Origin: a virus
Lineage: Duplodnaviria > Caudoviricetes
Virus record (IMG/VR): IMGVR_UViG_3300043112_000020
Coordinates: 1-37,163 of that record
DNA length: 37,163 nt
Strand: one strand, 5' to 3'
Positions 36,559 through 37,163 of the stretch are shown one piece after another (position 1 is the first letter of the stretch; each line of letters begins with the position of its first letter). A model generated the notes under the pieces. It ran no database searches. It was not told the DNA's origin and was given only the letters and a program-made list of their open reading frames with translations. The translations under genes and the position numbers were made by a program.

Positions 36559-36741
36559 TTAGAATTCAAGTGCTACCTGCGGGGGTTTGTCCACCCCGCC
36601 ACAGTTCATGTGGATCTTTACGGTTACGGTGCCGCTGAATTGATCCCCAGCCAGATCTACAGCTTTGGGAACCATCTCACGGACCTTGGAGCATGCCCGG
36701 TTTACCAATTGATTTACCTTGCGTTCCGTGCCGTCTTTCAT
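36559..36741 (-). CDS. 60-aa leader protein MKDGTERKV...FSGTVTVKIHMNCGGV...
   Basis: GGAGGGG SD before ATG at 36741; helix plus beta-hairpin pattern, loosely DUF2292-like. Confidence 0.7.
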   Translation of the reverse strand: MKDGTERKVNQLVNRACSKVREMVPKAVDLAGDQFSGTVTVKIHMNCGGVDKPPQVALEF

Positions 36742-36773
36742 CGCCCCTCCACATCCACTGAACATTTTTGATG

Positions 36774-36802
36774 AGTCTGCCAGAAAGCTCGGTGTAATGC
36801 AA
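36774..36802 (-). promoter_or_regulatory. Putative late-operon sigma70 promoter
   Basis: TTGCAT-17 nt-CAGACT with TG extension, followed by CAAAAATGTTCA shared with the lysis promoter. Confidence 0.55.
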
Positions 36803-36845
36803 GGGGGTTTTGAATATAGACGATTACCCGAGGGTAGGTAAATAT

Positions 36846-37163
36846 CTCAACTTTCGCAGACGAAAAATATCTTTAACATGCTGAAATAAATAGACAAAAG
36901 CATCATCTCTTGTTGTAAAATAGGTTATCGCCAAACAACCTGATACAAACAAGGAGATGATGCTTTGGACCAGATTGTAGCAGAAACTGTTTCATGTCAA
37001 AACCAAATTACTTCGTTCTTTGATAATCAGCGCATCGCACGACTACTGCGGCAAAGCAACATTGCCAAACAGTGTGGCATTGCTCCCGTTGTGGTGATGC
37101 GGATGATCTTCAGCCTTGTTTTTACCGGCAAGAACCTGTTCCGCTACTTGCAGGCGGATGACT
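36846..37163 (+). mobile_element. Left end of a DDE insertion sequence (IS4-like, possibly ISNCY ISDol1 group), truncated by the window
   Basis: Candidate terminal IR CTCAACTTTCGCA; AT-rich leader; transposase-like ORF follows. Confidence 0.7.
36965..37163 (+). CDS. Transposase N-terminus (partial): MDQIVAETVSCQNQITSFFDNQRIARLLRQSNIAKQCGIAPVVVMRMIFSLVFTGKNLFRYL
   Basis: TTG start, AAGGAG SD 8 nt upstream; FF....I..LL...N..K..G.....IF.LVF.GKNL pattern recalled from such transposases. Confidence 0.75.
   Translation, partial: MDQIVAETVSCQNQITSFFDNQRIARLLRQSNIAKQCGIAPVVVMRMIFSLVFTGKNLFRYLQADD

Larger units (their letters stand above)
1..36802 (-). mobile_element. Podovirus-like prophage late region (packaging, head, tail, ejection, lysis); continues beyond the left edge
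   Basis: Co-oriented, tightly coupled terS-terL-portal-scaffold-MCP-adaptor-nozzle-fibre-ejection-DarB-like-lysis gene order; no tape measure or sheath gene seen. Confidence 0.95.

Overview
About 36.8 kb of this window is the late (virion morphogenesis and lysis) region of a podovirus-like prophage, almost all on the minus strand. Its gene order resembles Bcep22/933W-type phages. Read right to left: small leader gene, terS, HNH endonuclease, terL, an accessory cluster (Zn-ribbon/Acb2-Tad1-like protein, RyR-domain protein), P22-like portal, acidic scaffold, CsrA-like protein, N4-gp56-like major capsid, decoration protein, a second accessory cluster (Zn fingers, dATP/dGTP diphosphohydrolase-like protein, AAA_33 kinase), adaptors, nozzle, tail fibre, ejection proteins, a 4544-aa DarB-like polyvalent protein (MTase, SNF2 helicase, zincin, LPD38-like), then a lysis cassette. 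The left end of a DDE insertion sequence starts at about 36.85 kb on the plus strand. The most interesting signals are: (1) a related motif-plus-terminator element repeated three times, each directly before the first gene of a module, a candidate antitermination switch; (2) a 22-aa motif shared by an unannotated 48-aa peptide and a loop of the tail nozzle, a candidate fibre-docking system; (3) two +1-frame genes overprinted inside the giant gene; (4) a CsrA paralog with a GGA hairpin before the capsid gene; (5) candidate nucleotide-signal sponge proteins; (6) a three-way-junction RNA before the HNH gene. Family assignments come from motif recognition by eye; no database searches were run.
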